A DNA stretch of 64,000 bases, taken from Planctomycetota bacterium (lineage in GTDB: Bacteria > Planctomycetota > PLA2 > JAEUHO01). The notes beneath the pieces were generated by a model. It did not search any database. It saw only the letters and a list, made by a program, of their open reading frames with translations, and was not told the DNA's origin. This document shows, in pieces, positions 19,601 through 28,337 of the stretch (its first letter is position 1; every line of letters starts with the position of its first letter). The stretch covers positions 78,846 through 142,845 of the forward strand of contig JAJDEN010000020.1 in the NCBI GenBank assembly GCA_029259775.1, written 5' to 3'. A program made the position numbers and the translations under genes.

Positions 19601-20222
19601 CAAGGGGACTACGACTGTCCTCGGAGCCGACGCCACGGAGTCCGCCGTCAGAACAGCCTCGAATGGGAAGCGCGTGCTCCACCTCGCCACGCACGGCTTC
19701 GTGCGCGACAACCTGATGCGCGGCCTGATCCGCGGTCGTGACGACAAGCGCTGGCTGGGCGCATCCAAGGAACGCCAATTCGCGGCAGGCCACGATCCGA
19801 TGAATCTCTCCGGCCTGGCCATGGCCGGAGCCAACACGCGCAAGGGCGGCGGCGACGACGACGGCATCCTCACGGCGCTGGAGGCATCGCACCTGGACCT
19901 CGACGGCGTGGAACTCGTTGTCCTGTCTGCCTGCGAGACGGCGCTCGGGACGGCTGAGTCGGGCGAGGGCGTCATCGGTCTCGTGCGCGGGTTTCAGATG
20001 GCCGGAGCCAAGCAGGTCATCGGAAGCCTGTGGAAGGTGGACGACGACGCGACGACAGCGTTGATGGTGAAGATGTACGAACTCTGGGCACCCAAGGACG
20101 GCGGGAAACGCATCCCTGCCGCCGTAGCGCTGAGGAAGGCACAGGAGTACGTGCGCGGTCACGACAAGTGGAAGCACCCCTACTACTGGGCGGCGTGGGT
20201 GATCTGGGGCGTCGGGGACTGA
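16608..20222 (+). CDS. Secreted TPR-repeat protein with a C-terminal CHAT (caspase-like protease) domain
   Basis: Signal peptide MRVSVIALVCLLLLLGPAAA. About 14 consecutive 42-aa TPR_12-like units (ALSLNNLASLL...YEEARPLYERALKIREKALGPEHPDVA). C-terminus has the CHAT His/Cys dyad context (LHLATHGFV, VLSACETALG). Alternative start 16572. Confidence 0.8.
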   Translation: MRVSVIALVCLLLLLGPAAAEDEKKEEPKKPAPEMTEAEREAALKKAKRLNQRLVSLHGEAKYAQALPVAREALKIRENALGPEHPDVALSLYNLASLLDNLRHYEEARPLYERALKIREKALGAEHPDVALTLNNLASVLVTLRQYKEARPLFERALKIREKALGLEHPRVALSLHNLASMLVTLRQYEEARPLYERALKIRENAFGPGHPDVAPSLNNLASLLLDLRQYEEARPLFERALKIWEKALGLEHPRVALSLSNLALLLQNLRQFEEARPLHERALKIREKAFGPEHPDVASSLHNLASLLKTLGQYEEARLHYERAIKIREKALGAEHPNVASSLHSLASLLQTLGQYEEARLLYERALKIRENAFGPGHPDVAPSLHNLASLLLDLGQYEEASPLCERALEIWEKALGPEHPYVASSLNNLASVLQALGQYEEASLHLDSALNILAKAIGPDHPTVASSLNTLASLLNTLGQYQEARLLYERALKILEKTLGPERPRLALSLNNLASLLATLRQYKEARPLFERALKIWEKALGLEHPRVALSLNNLAWLLGDLGRYEEARPLYERALKIREKALGPEHPDVASSLNNLASLLGTLGQYKEARPLFERALEIREEALGPEHPKVAWSLNNLALLLGRLGQYERAVPLLARCLRATEGRVRRGLSGLQTSERLGLLHSLRRYLATWHRVAPHVRRSGLAETLRFKGILSRAMVAERRLARGANAEVLARIAALRAAERQLAKIASSPPSFRDKKKKAKWQEAYANAATEREELAVALARDFAPLRQGLERLDLKLPDIQAAIAQDAVLVDYLRSGDQYIAWVVPQNGDVKRVDLGKAEKIEAASAAFAEQAADSDDPAWGTAAKALRDLIFKPIEAHIGKSVTTLNICPDAALAAVPFGALPSSDGRTPLGVRYTISTLSMAQDLVPWEGAPKPGTGALLLGGVDYGKATAPEKNGQPRVFVDRAPRGGKYLYLAGTKAEVTAIKPGLGKGTTTVLGADATESAVRTASNGKRVLHLATHGFVRDNLMRGLIRGRDDKRWLGASKERQFAAGHDPMNLSGLAMAGANTRKGGGDDDGILTALEASHLDLDGVELVVLSACETALGTAESGEGVIGLVRGFQMAGAKQVIGSLWKVDDDATTALMVKMYELWAPKDGGKRIPAAVALRKAQEYVRGHDKWKHPYYWAAWVIWGVGD
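16790..18560 (+). repeat. About 14 near-identical tandem 126-bp repeats inside the TPR-CHAT CDS
   Basis: GAGCGCGCGCTCAAGATCCGGGAGAAGGCGCTCGGGCCCGAGCACCCCGACGTGGCC recurs with few substitutions. Confidence 0.7.
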
Positions 20223-20274
20223 CGCGTAGGCGCCGTCTGATCGAGTCTGATACAGCGGCGACAACGTTGGGCAA

Positions 20275-20940
20275 CTACGGGGTCCACTCCCCCACGTCAT
20301 GTACGCGCCACATGTACCAGGCGAAGATGGACCGATACGGGCGGTGAGGGTCGCCGCGGGGCTCGAGCTGCTTCGCCGTCGGCGCTGCCTTGGCTCCCAT
20401 GAACTTCGCGTAGCCATTGCGGACGCCGAGATCGAGCACCGGCCACACATCCATGCGGCCGAGGGAGAACATCAGGTGCATCTGCGCCGACCATGCACCG
20501 ATCCCCCACACCTGGGTGAGCGATTCGATGACGTCAGCGTCCTCCATCGACGACAAGGCCTCGGGGTCGACATGGCCCGCCGTGATGTGACGCGCCAGGT
20601 CCTTGATGCTCTTCGTCTTGGCGCCGGAGAGGCCGGCCTTGCGGTAGGTCGTGTCCCGCTTGCGCAGTACCGCGCGCGGCTCGAACCCGTCGTCGGGAAA
20701 GAGCGCCGTCACCCGCCCCCAGATCGCCGACGCCGCCGCGCCGGCCAACTGCTGGTAAGCGATCGATCGCGAGATGCTCTCGAAGGTCGACGGACGCAGC
20801 TCGACAGACGGCCGCCCCACCACCTCCACGAGGCGCGCGAAGCGCTCGTCGCGCGCGGACAACTCGCGCACAGCCTTGGCAGGTCGCCAGTAGCGGGTCG
20901 TCACGTCACCTCCGGCCGGCGAGGGTAGCGTGACCAGCAA
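20275..20940 (-). CDS. alkA: DNA-3-methyladenine glycosylase II family (AlkA-like HhH-GPD) protein
   Basis: HhH-GPD region (IAYQQLAGAAASAIWGRV, VWGIGAWSAQMHLMF) and C-terminus RPYRSIFAWYMWRVHDVGEWTP. Start uncertain: TTG at 20940, or GTG at 20904 with GGAGGT upstream. Confidence 0.7.
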   Translation of the reverse strand: MLVTLPSPAGGDVTTRYWRPAKAVRELSARDERFARLVEVVGRPSVELRPSTFESISRSIAYQQLAGAAASAIWGRVTALFPDDGFEPRAVLRKRDTTYRKAGLSGAKTKSIKDLARHITAGHVDPEALSSMEDADVIESLTQVWGIGAWSAQMHLMFSLGRMDVWPVLDLGVRNGYAKFMGAKAAPTAKQLEPRGDPHRPYRSIFAWYMWRVHDVGEWTP

Positions 20941-20963
20941 CGCGGCTCATGCGATACTGAAGA

Positions 20964-21482
20964 ATGACGCTGATGGATGCCGTATTCACCAAGGCTGAGT
21001 GGGACCTCTTGCCGGAGGGATTCCCCGCCGAGCTGATCGAGGGAACGCTCGTGCGCGAGCCGTCCCCCACGTACGGACACCAGTGCGTGGCCGCTCGCTT
21101 GCGGGCGCGACTGTTCGGCGTCGTAGGACCCGACCTGTGTCCCGACACGCCGGCCGACGTGTTCCTTGATGAGATCAACATCTTCGAGCCTGATCTCGTG
21201 GTACTGCGCGAACGGCCTGCGATGGACACGCCCTACGTCGGTATCCCATTGCTCGTCATCGAGGTCCTCTCGCCCTCCGCCGCGCGGCGCGACCGAACCG
21301 TCAAGAAGGACAAGCTGCTCGAAGCGGGCGTCGAGGAAGTCTGGCTCGTGGATCGCCGCACACGCTCGATCGAGATCCATCGGTCGGGGCCGGACGTGCG
21401 CAGTTTCCGTGCGGAGGAGACAGCCTCGTCGCGCGCGTTGCCCGGCTTTGAGGTCGTGCCGCTCGCGCTCTTCGCCGAATAG
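20964..21482 (+). CDS. Uma2 family (DUF820) endonuclease
   Basis: FPAELIEGTLVREPSPTYGHQ, IPLLVIEVLSPS, EVWLVD; end-to-end Uma2 architecture. Confidence 0.8.
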   Translation: MTLMDAVFTKAEWDLLPEGFPAELIEGTLVREPSPTYGHQCVAARLRARLFGVVGPDLCPDTPADVFLDEINIFEPDLVVLRERPAMDTPYVGIPLLVIEVLSPSAARRDRTVKKDKLLEAGVEEVWLVDRRTRSIEIHRSGPDVRSFRAEETASSRALPGFEVVPLALFAE

Positions 21483-21484
21483 GG

Positions 21485-21540
21485 CGTGCTCGCGGATGAA
21501 GGCGTGTTCGCGGACGAATGGCTGTTCGCGGACGAAGGCG
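21485..21540. repeat. Three tandem copies of an 18-19-nt unit (GTGTTCGCGGACGAAGGC-like) between convergent genes
   Basis: Direct repeats read from the sequence. Confidence 0.5.
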
Positions 21541-21549
21541 ATCAACAAG

Positions 21550-22827
21550 TCAGGGGCGCGCGGGCGTCAGCGGGTCCATGGCGATGCCCGCCGAGCGGAG
21601 CAACAGGCACACGAGCTCGTACGCGGTGAAGCGCCCGAGCCCGCCCTCCGCACACGCGCGCTCGCCGAAGGACATGCAGCCGTCCGCCGTCCCGCCCGGC
21701 ACGCGAACCAGCGTGGGCACGGGATCGCTCGTGTGGTTGCCCGTACGACTATCGGTCGTGTGGTCGGCCGAGACGCCGATGACCCAGGGTTGCTCGAGCA
21801 GCGGCGCGAGGGCGGCGTCCGCGCGCTCGAGGAACAGGCGCTTCGCGTCGGGATTGCGGTCATGCGCGGCGATGTCGGTGCCCTTGACGTGCAGCCAGAC
21901 GACGTCATGATCCGACAGCGCGTCGGAGGCAGCAGCCACCTTCGCGTCGATGTCCGTATCGAGAAGACCTGTGAAGCTGGGGTGCGTCACGCAGGCGAAG
22001 CCAAGCAGCGAGCCCATGCCGAGCACCGTGCGGTCGCCTGATACGACGGCCCCCGTCAGCCCCACCGCGCTGACCACGCTCTCGAACGACTGGGCCATGC
22101 CCGCGCCGCGCGTGAGCAGGCCATTGGCCGGCGGCAGGCCCTGGGCCGCGCGCGCCTGGTTGACCGGATGTGCAGCGAGAACGTCATGCGCCCGCAGCAG
22201 CCAGGCGTTCAACGCGGCGGCCGTGCGGACAGCGGCTGCGTCGCCGGACGCCACGGCCTCGCTCGGCAGCAGTCGCTGGACGTCGCTCTCGCCACCGGGA
22301 TCCGTGTCGGTGATGTCGGCGCCGACGTCCCCACCGGAGATGCGCAATACGCCGCGATGCTGCCCAAGCGGCTCCAGGTGCATGGCCATGCCGTCGACGG
22401 GCGGCAGCGCGTTCACGGCTTGGGCCAGCTCGACGGTGCCGTGCTGGATGCGGCCCGCACGCCGGTCGAGGATGTCGAGTCCGCCGTCGCGCGACACGAC
22501 GGTCGCGAAGTTGACCCGCAAGGCGATGTCGCCGCGCGCAAGCTCCAGCCCCACCCCCGCCGCTTCCACCGGGCCGCGGCTCAGGCCCTGGGCCCCCTCG
22601 ATGTGCAGCCCCATGAGGGCTCCGGTGCCCGTCTGCGTACCGACGGTGACGCCCGGGCGCAGGGGATCCACGAGGCCGCAGCGCCCCTCGCTCGCGAGAC
22701 GATCGAGTACGGGCGTGTGCGCCGCTTCGAGCGGCGTCGCGTGGCCCAGCATGGGGATGGGGAGATCGCCCAGCCCGTCGAAGATGACGAGCAGGATCTT
22801 TCGGCGGGCAGGTGTCCCGTCCGTCAT
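21550..22827 (-). CDS. apgM: Cofactor-independent phosphoglycerate mutase, archaeal type (ApgM family, alkaline-phosphatase superfamily)
   Basis: KILLVIFDGLGD...HTPVLDRLA; VWLHVKGTDIAAHD; VIGVSADHTTDSRTGNHTSDPVP. ATG at 22825-22827 with GAGG upstream. Confidence 0.8.
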   Translation of the reverse strand: MTDGTPARRKILLVIFDGLGDLPIPMLGHATPLEAAHTPVLDRLASEGRCGLVDPLRPGVTVGTQTGTGALMGLHIEGAQGLSRGPVEAAGVGLELARGDIALRVNFATVVSRDGGLDILDRRAGRIQHGTVELAQAVNALPPVDGMAMHLEPLGQHRGVLRISGGDVGADITDTDPGGESDVQRLLPSEAVASGDAAAVRTAAALNAWLLRAHDVLAAHPVNQARAAQGLPPANGLLTRGAGMAQSFESVVSAVGLTGAVVSGDRTVLGMGSLLGFACVTHPSFTGLLDTDIDAKVAAASDALSDHDVVWLHVKGTDIAAHDRNPDAKRLFLERADAALAPLLEQPWVIGVSADHTTDSRTGNHTSDPVPTLVRVPGGTADGCMSFGERACAEGGLGRFTAYELVCLLLRSAGIAMDPLTPARP

Positions 22828-22861
22828 CACGAAGCCTCGCTCATCAGACGACCCATGCTCA

Positions 22862-24049
22862 TCAGAAGACCTCGTCAGGCGTGCCGTCGAAACGGTCTGC
22901 CAGCTCGGCCATGAGGATGCCCATGACCTGGTGGACCGTGTCGTCGACGTTCTCGTTCGCCACGATCGGAACCCCGAGCTGATCGGCCTCCGAGAGCATG
23001 AACGACTGCAGGTTCCAGATCTCGTCGAAGAAGTTGAGGTAGCGCTTCGCACGGCGGTCGGGCTCACGCTTGCCGCGGCCCGTGATGCGGGCCTTGAGCT
23101 GGCGCGGCTTGAGCACGGCGAGCATCACGCGCACGAAGATCGCGTCGTTGTCATCGCCCAGGCTCTTGATCAGGCCGGGGTGGGCATGCACACCTTCGAG
23201 CACCAGGGAGACACGCTCGCGCAACGCACGTCGGATCACGGCTTCGCACGCCACGGAGACGAGCTTGGCCTGGGTGAGGTAGCCGTTGACCAGCGCGGAG
23301 TCCGCGCCCTCCCCAATCTGCTCGTCGGCCGCCACGCGCTGCGGGAGCGTCTGCCACGCCTTGAAGGTCGATGTGTGGAGCACCGGCAAGAGGCCCTGCG
23401 GCATCATCATCCGCATGACCTCGCGCAGCATGTCGGTGGACTGCGTGCGTACGATCTCCATGCGGTGCGCGATCTGGGCAGCGATCGTGCTCTTGCCGCT
23501 ACCGACCGCACCGCCGACGACCAGGACCAGCGGACGCTTGCTGCGCCGGAACTCCTGCCACACGAGGTAGTGGCGTGCCGGCTCGTCGCCGAGATGGGCG
23601 AGCAGATGCGTATGCGTCAGGTGGCGCAGGTCGCGCGACGACAAGATCTTCACGTTGCGGTTGACGAGATCCTCGTAGATGAACGCAGCGGCCGTAGCAG
23701 CGGCGTCCGGAGCAATACCGCAGGAGACGAGGCTCAGCCGATGGCGTCCACGGGAGAAGGGGCTCTCGTGCCCGTCGGAGTGATGGATCAGGATCTCGGC
23801 CGGTGAGGTCGGGTTGAGGTAGCGCTGCACGACCTCGGCGCCGAAGCGCTCGATGCGCGGCACGAGCCGGCTGCGCAGTTCGTCGGTCGTGAGGTCGCCC
23901 GTCGTATCGAGTTCCTGACGCACGCCGGAGGCGATGGCGTAGGCCTCTTCGAACGGCACGCCGGCGGTCTGCAGGGACCGGGTGAGGATCCCGCGCAGGA
24001 AGGGGAAGCGCGTCCCCTCCGCCTCATCGATCACCATCGGGCGCGCCAC
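22862..24049 (-). CDS. 2-phosphoglycerate kinase family protein (ATP-cone + P-loop kinase)
   Basis: N-terminal ATP-cone-like region. Walker A VVGGAVGSGKSTIAAQIA. Architecture of bacterial or archaeal 2PGK. Confidence 0.75.
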   Translation of the reverse strand: MARPMVIDEAEGTRFPFLRGILTRSLQTAGVPFEEAYAIASGVRQELDTTGDLTTDELRSRLVPRIERFGAEVVQRYLNPTSPAEILIHHSDGHESPFSRGRHRLSLVSCGIAPDAAATAAAFIYEDLVNRNVKILSSRDLRHLTHTHLLAHLGDEPARHYLVWQEFRRSKRPLVLVVGGAVGSGKSTIAAQIAHRMEIVRTQSTDMLREVMRMMMPQGLLPVLHTSTFKAWQTLPQRVAADEQIGEGADSALVNGYLTQAKLVSVACEAVIRRALRERVSLVLEGVHAHPGLIKSLGDDNDAIFVRVMLAVLKPRQLKARITGRGKREPDRRAKRYLNFFDEIWNLQSFMLSEADQLGVPIVANENVDDTVHQVMGILMAELADRFDGTPDEVF

Positions 24050-24173
24050 TAGGTTGCACCTCGGGCGCCGTGTTCCGTGCGCGGCGACGGGAGATCCATC
24101 AGGTCAGGCATGGGCAGGAAGATACACCCCCGGCCTCCCACGCGACGGGCAATCCACTGCAGAGCGGCGCGCC

Positions 24174-24836
24174 CTACTCGGAGTAGCCGATGCGGTCGAA
24201 CGGGCTCACGACGGACGACGCCATGTTCCGGGCATGAGCGCTGATGCGCTTCAGGAAGCGGATGTACAGCGCCAGGGCCGCGGCCGTGCCCGTGTCGAGC
24301 TCGACCTCGCCGCCCACGAGCGCATCCTCGAGGCGACGGTAGTGGCGGCGCACGTCGCCGGTGTAGTCGCGCATGAGGCTGCGAGCAGCGTCTTCGTCGC
24401 CCTCCTTGAAGGCGGCCACAGCGTGATCGAAGAGATCCATCGTCTCCTTCTCGAGCTGGGCCAGACGATCCTCCATCGGCCCGCCATCGAGCCGCGTGGG
24501 GTGGCTCACGGCGATGTCGTAGATGTTCTTCGCGTAGTCGCCGATGCGCTCGATGTCGATGACGATCACGACGAGTACGAGGCCCGAGGAAAGATCGGCC
24601 ACGTTGCCGAGCGAGAGGTGCGTCAGCACCTTGCGGCGGACGTCGCGCTCGAAGGAGTTGATGCGCTGGTCCAAGGCCGCGATGTCCACGTCCACCGTCG
24701 CGTCGTCGCGCCGACGAAGCGTCTCGATGGACGCGTGGATCATCTGGCGGCAGACGTCCAGCATCTCATGGCACTCCTGCAGGGCCTGCGCCTGCATGTT
24801 GTCCTTGCGGAGGAGATCCAGGAACTTGCGTAGCAT
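24174..24836 (-). CDS. PhoU-like phosphate-transport regulator (TIGR00153-type, two PhoU repeats)
   Basis: ATG at 24834-24836 preceded by GGGAG, 2 nt after the upstream stop. IERIGDYAKNI motif. Confidence 0.75.
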   Translation of the reverse strand: MLRKFLDLLRKDNMQAQALQECHEMLDVCRQMIHASIETLRRRDDATVDVDIAALDQRINSFERDVRRKVLTHLSLGNVADLSSGLVLVVIVIDIERIGDYAKNIYDIAVSHPTRLDGGPMEDRLAQLEKETMDLFDHAVAAFKEGDEDAARSLMRDYTGDVRRHYRRLEDALVGGEVELDTGTAAALALYIRFLKRISAHARNMASSVVSPFDRIGYSE

Positions 24837-24838
24837 GA

Positions 24839-26023
24839 CTATCTCCCGAAGAACACGATCAGGAACGGGATCGCGTAGAAGACGACGATGATGTAGACGA
24901 GCGGGATCAGCTTGTTCCGCATCGCGATGGTACTGAACGCTTGGGCCATGCGAATGGGGATCCAGCGGATCCACCAGACGATGGCGACACCCACGACGTT
25001 GAAGATCACATGGTGGAACGCCAGCTCGAGACCGAGGAACGCCTTGGTGTAGGCCGCTGGATCGGCGATGTCCGCCGCGGCCAACGCGGCGAGGGACGCG
25101 ATCAGCGCCGTGATCGTGGTGCCGATGTTGGCGCCCATCGTGTAGGGCATCACCTGGTGGATGGTCAGGATGCCCGCACCCACGAGGGGCACCGCGATGG
25201 ACGTGGTGATCGAACTGCTCTGGACGAGCACCGTCAAGATGAAGCCGAAGAACAGCCCACGGGCCGCGGACTTGAAGATCACCCGATCGAACAGGTTCTC
25301 CAGCTTCTCGAGCATGATGCTCTTGAGCACCTTCACCAGCATGATCAGGCCGAGGAACGTCATGGCCACACCGATGGCGAGCATGATCCCGCTACCGTTG
25401 CCGAACCACTCCGTGCTTAGGGTGTCCCCCAGCCAGCCGGCCACGCTGTCGCAGAACTTCTGGATCCCCTCGATGATCGGCTTCGTGATGGCCTTGATCG
25501 GGTTGGCGAGCTTCGTGCCGCCGATGTCCTGGAAGGCGTGGGCCGACCAGCCTGCCATCTTGTCCAGGAAGCCGGTGTAGACCTCGAGCGGGAACAGGAT
25601 CACGAGCACGATGAGATTGAAGAAGTCGTGTACCGTCGCGGCCGCGAAGGCACGTTGGTACTCCGCCGTCTGGCGCATGTGGCCGATGGAGACGAGCGTG
25701 TTCGTGACCGTCGTGCCGACGTTGGCGCCCATGACCATGTAGATGCCGGCGCTGTAGCCGACCTGTCCGCTCGCGACGAGCGCGACGACCATGCTCGTCG
25801 TCGTCGAGGAGCTCTGGACGAGCGTCGTGGCCAGGATGCCGATGAACAGCGAGACCAGGGGACCCGTAGCGCCGCCGAGCAGTTCCTCGGTGTAGCCCGC
25901 ACCCATGGCCTTGAACGAGCCACCCAGCGTCCCGATGCCGAGCAGGAAGAGGTAGAGGAAGCTGAAGGTCAGCAGGACCTTCACCCACGTGGGCAGTCGG
26001 GAGAGCAGGCTAGGGGCACCCAT
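24839..26023 (-). CDS. nptA: Na+/phosphate cotransporter (NptA / Na_Pi_cotrans family)
   Basis: Duplicated VQSSSTTTSMVVALV and VQSSSITTSIAVPLV blocks. Multi-TM. Confidence 0.8.
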   Translation of the reverse strand: MGAPSLLSRLPTWVKVLLTFSFLYLFLLGIGTLGGSFKAMGAGYTEELLGGATGPLVSLFIGILATTLVQSSSTTTSMVVALVASGQVGYSAGIYMVMGANVGTTVTNTLVSIGHMRQTAEYQRAFAAATVHDFFNLIVLVILFPLEVYTGFLDKMAGWSAHAFQDIGGTKLANPIKAITKPIIEGIQKFCDSVAGWLGDTLSTEWFGNGSGIMLAIGVAMTFLGLIMLVKVLKSIMLEKLENLFDRVIFKSAARGLFFGFILTVLVQSSSITTSIAVPLVGAGILTIHQVMPYTMGANIGTTITALIASLAALAAADIADPAAYTKAFLGLELAFHHVIFNVVGVAIVWWIRWIPIRMAQAFSTIAMRNKLIPLVYIIVVFYAIPFLIVFFGR

Positions 26024-26203
26024 AGCTCGGAAGATTCCTCCAAGGCAGCTTGCTGTGTCGCTCTGTCTGCGGGTCTGATAGCACGGACCGCTCCGGTGCA
26101 AGATGGCAAATCGGGTTGGTTTCCGCCTGCGCGATTGCGAGGGCGCGGTCTGTTCCACTCCGCAGGGGAACAGTACGCTCTACGCCCCCCTCCTGGAGGC
26201 CCC

Positions 26204-28246
26204 ATGAACGTCACCATGCCCGCCCCCGCCTACGTCACGCTCCACGCGGCACGGCCCGGATCGAGGCCCATGGACGCCGAGGTCCTCTGGTCGATCCCGC
26301 GCGTCGGCACGCCGATCCCGGCGCCCGGCGGGGATCACCTGGCGGTGCCCGTGACCACCTTCTCCACCGAGACCAATCGGGGCACGACTCGGCTCTGGCG
26401 GGTCCCGACGGACGGCGGCACGCCCCAGCCGCTGACGTCCACCGAGCGCACGGCGAGCCAGCCGGCCTTCTCGCCATGCGGCGGGCACATGGCCTTCGTC
26501 GCGAGCGCCGCCGATGACCCCAAGGCGCCGGCGCAACTCCACGTGCTGCCGCTGCTCGGCGGCGAGGCCGAAGGCGTCACGGACATGCCGCTCAGTGTGT
26601 TCGACCCGACCTGGCTGCCCGACGGCTCCGGCATCGTCTTCGGTGCGTGGCTCTTCCAGGAGCATCCGGACGTCGAGGCCACGCGCACCGAGGCCGCGCG
26701 GCGCAAGGAGGACCCGTACACGGTCCACGCGACCGAAGACCGCATGTTCCGATTCTGGGACACCTGGATCGCCGGCGGCACCTTCGCGCGTCTGTTCCTC
26801 TACGACGTCGCCAGCGGCACGGTCCGCGACCTCATGCCGGGCAGCACGCTGTGGTTCAACTGGATGGACCCGGCGGGCGCCTACGACATCGCCCCCGCGG
26901 GGGATGAGATCGTGTTCACGGGCCTGCATGTCGGTGGTCCGGAGAAGCGCCTCCGCAGCGATGTCTACCGGCTGCCCCTCGCTGCCGAGGGCGCCGAGCC
27001 CGCATGCCTCACGGCCGGCAACCCGGCGGCCTCCGTCCGGCCGCGCTACACGCCCTGCGGCGCGGCGATCCTCTACGGCAAGACGGAGGATCCGGACTTC
27101 TACGCGGATCGCGCGCGCATCATGCGCATCGACCGCGCGACGCTCGAGCACGACGCCTGGCTCGCGGACTGGGATCGCGCGCCCTCGGGCTGGGTCTTCG
27201 GCGATGGCGGCGACCTCTGGTTCCAGGCCGAGGACGACGGCGGCGCCCCCATCTGGCGCCTCGACCTCAAGGCGGCGCGCAACGGAGCCACCGAGCCCGA
27301 GGCGATGATCCGGGGCGGCTCCTGCGGTGCGCCGAAGCCCGCGTCGGACGGGCACGTCTACTTCACGAGGCACGCCGTCTCCGAGCCGCCGGAGATCTGG
27401 CGCGTGCCCACGTCGGGCGGCGCCGGCGAGCGAGTGACGACCTTCACGGACGAGGCCCTGGTCGACGTGGCCCTGGGCGAGGTGCGCGACTACCGCTTCG
27501 AGGGTGCCGAGGGGGAGACCGTGCAGGCGGTCGTGATCCTGCCGCCGGGCTACGAGGAGGGGACCCGGATGCCGCTCGTGCACATGATCCACGGTGGGCC
27601 GCACGGCACCTTCGGCGACCTCTGGCACTTCCGCTGGAGCACGCATTGTTTCGCGCAACCTGGCTACGTCGTCGCCTGCGTCAACTTCCAGGGCTCGACA
27701 TCCTGGGGCAACGACTTCGCCCAGCGCATCCAAGGAGCCTGGGGCGACCGGCCGTACGGCGACGTCTTGGCCGGCACCGATCACCTGATCGCCGCGGGGC
27801 TCGTGGACGAGACCAGGATGGCCATCAGCGGAGGCTCGTACGGTGGGTACCTGACCGCGTGGATCGCAACGCAGACGCAGCGGTTCGCGTGCGCGGTGAA
27901 CCACGCCGGCGTGTTCGACCTGCCCCTGCAGTACGCCAGCGACATCACGTGGGGCCGGCCGCGCACCATGGGCGGCGAGATCTGGGACGCGCCGGACGCG
28001 ATCGACCGCTGGAACCCCGCGCGGCACACGGCGGGCATGGCGACGCCCATGCTCGTGATCCACGGCGAGAAGGACTACCGGGTGCCGATCAACCACGCGC
28101 TCGAGTGCTACGGCATCCTCAAGTCCAAGGGCGTCGAAGCGCGCCTGCTCTACTTCGCCGACGAGAACCACTGGATCCTGAAGCCCAGGAACTCGCTGCG
28201 TTGGTACGCGGAAGTTCTCGACTGGTACGAGCGCTTCCTGTCCTAG
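26204..28246 (+). CDS. S9 family peptidase (prolyl oligopeptidase / acylaminoacyl peptidase-like; beta-propeller + alpha/beta hydrolase)
   Basis: RBS GGAGG. GGSYGGYLTAW (GxSxGG nucleophile elbow). C-terminal Asp/His. Confidence 0.8.
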   Translation: MNVTMPAPAYVTLHAARPGSRPMDAEVLWSIPRVGTPIPAPGGDHLAVPVTTFSTETNRGTTRLWRVPTDGGTPQPLTSTERTASQPAFSPCGGHMAFVASAADDPKAPAQLHVLPLLGGEAEGVTDMPLSVFDPTWLPDGSGIVFGAWLFQEHPDVEATRTEAARRKEDPYTVHATEDRMFRFWDTWIAGGTFARLFLYDVASGTVRDLMPGSTLWFNWMDPAGAYDIAPAGDEIVFTGLHVGGPEKRLRSDVYRLPLAAEGAEPACLTAGNPAASVRPRYTPCGAAILYGKTEDPDFYADRARIMRIDRATLEHDAWLADWDRAPSGWVFGDGGDLWFQAEDDGGAPIWRLDLKAARNGATEPEAMIRGGSCGAPKPASDGHVYFTRHAVSEPPEIWRVPTSGGAGERVTTFTDEALVDVALGEVRDYRFEGAEGETVQAVVILPPGYEEGTRMPLVHMIHGGPHGTFGDLWHFRWSTHCFAQPGYVVACVNFQGSTSWGNDFAQRIQGAWGDRPYGDVLAGTDHLIAAGLVDETRMAISGGSYGGYLTAWIATQTQRFACAVNHAGVFDLPLQYASDITWGRPRTMGGEIWDAPDAIDRWNPARHTAGMATPMLVIHGEKDYRVPINHALECYGILKSKGVEARLLYFADENHWILKPRNSLRWYAEVLDWYERFLS

Positions 28247-28337
28247 GCCTCCGCGCGGAGCGGCGAGCGGGAGGGATGAGCGGGGCCCCCGTGCAGGTGT
28301 GGCGGTACGCTCCGGGCACTCACGGGGAGCAACAACC

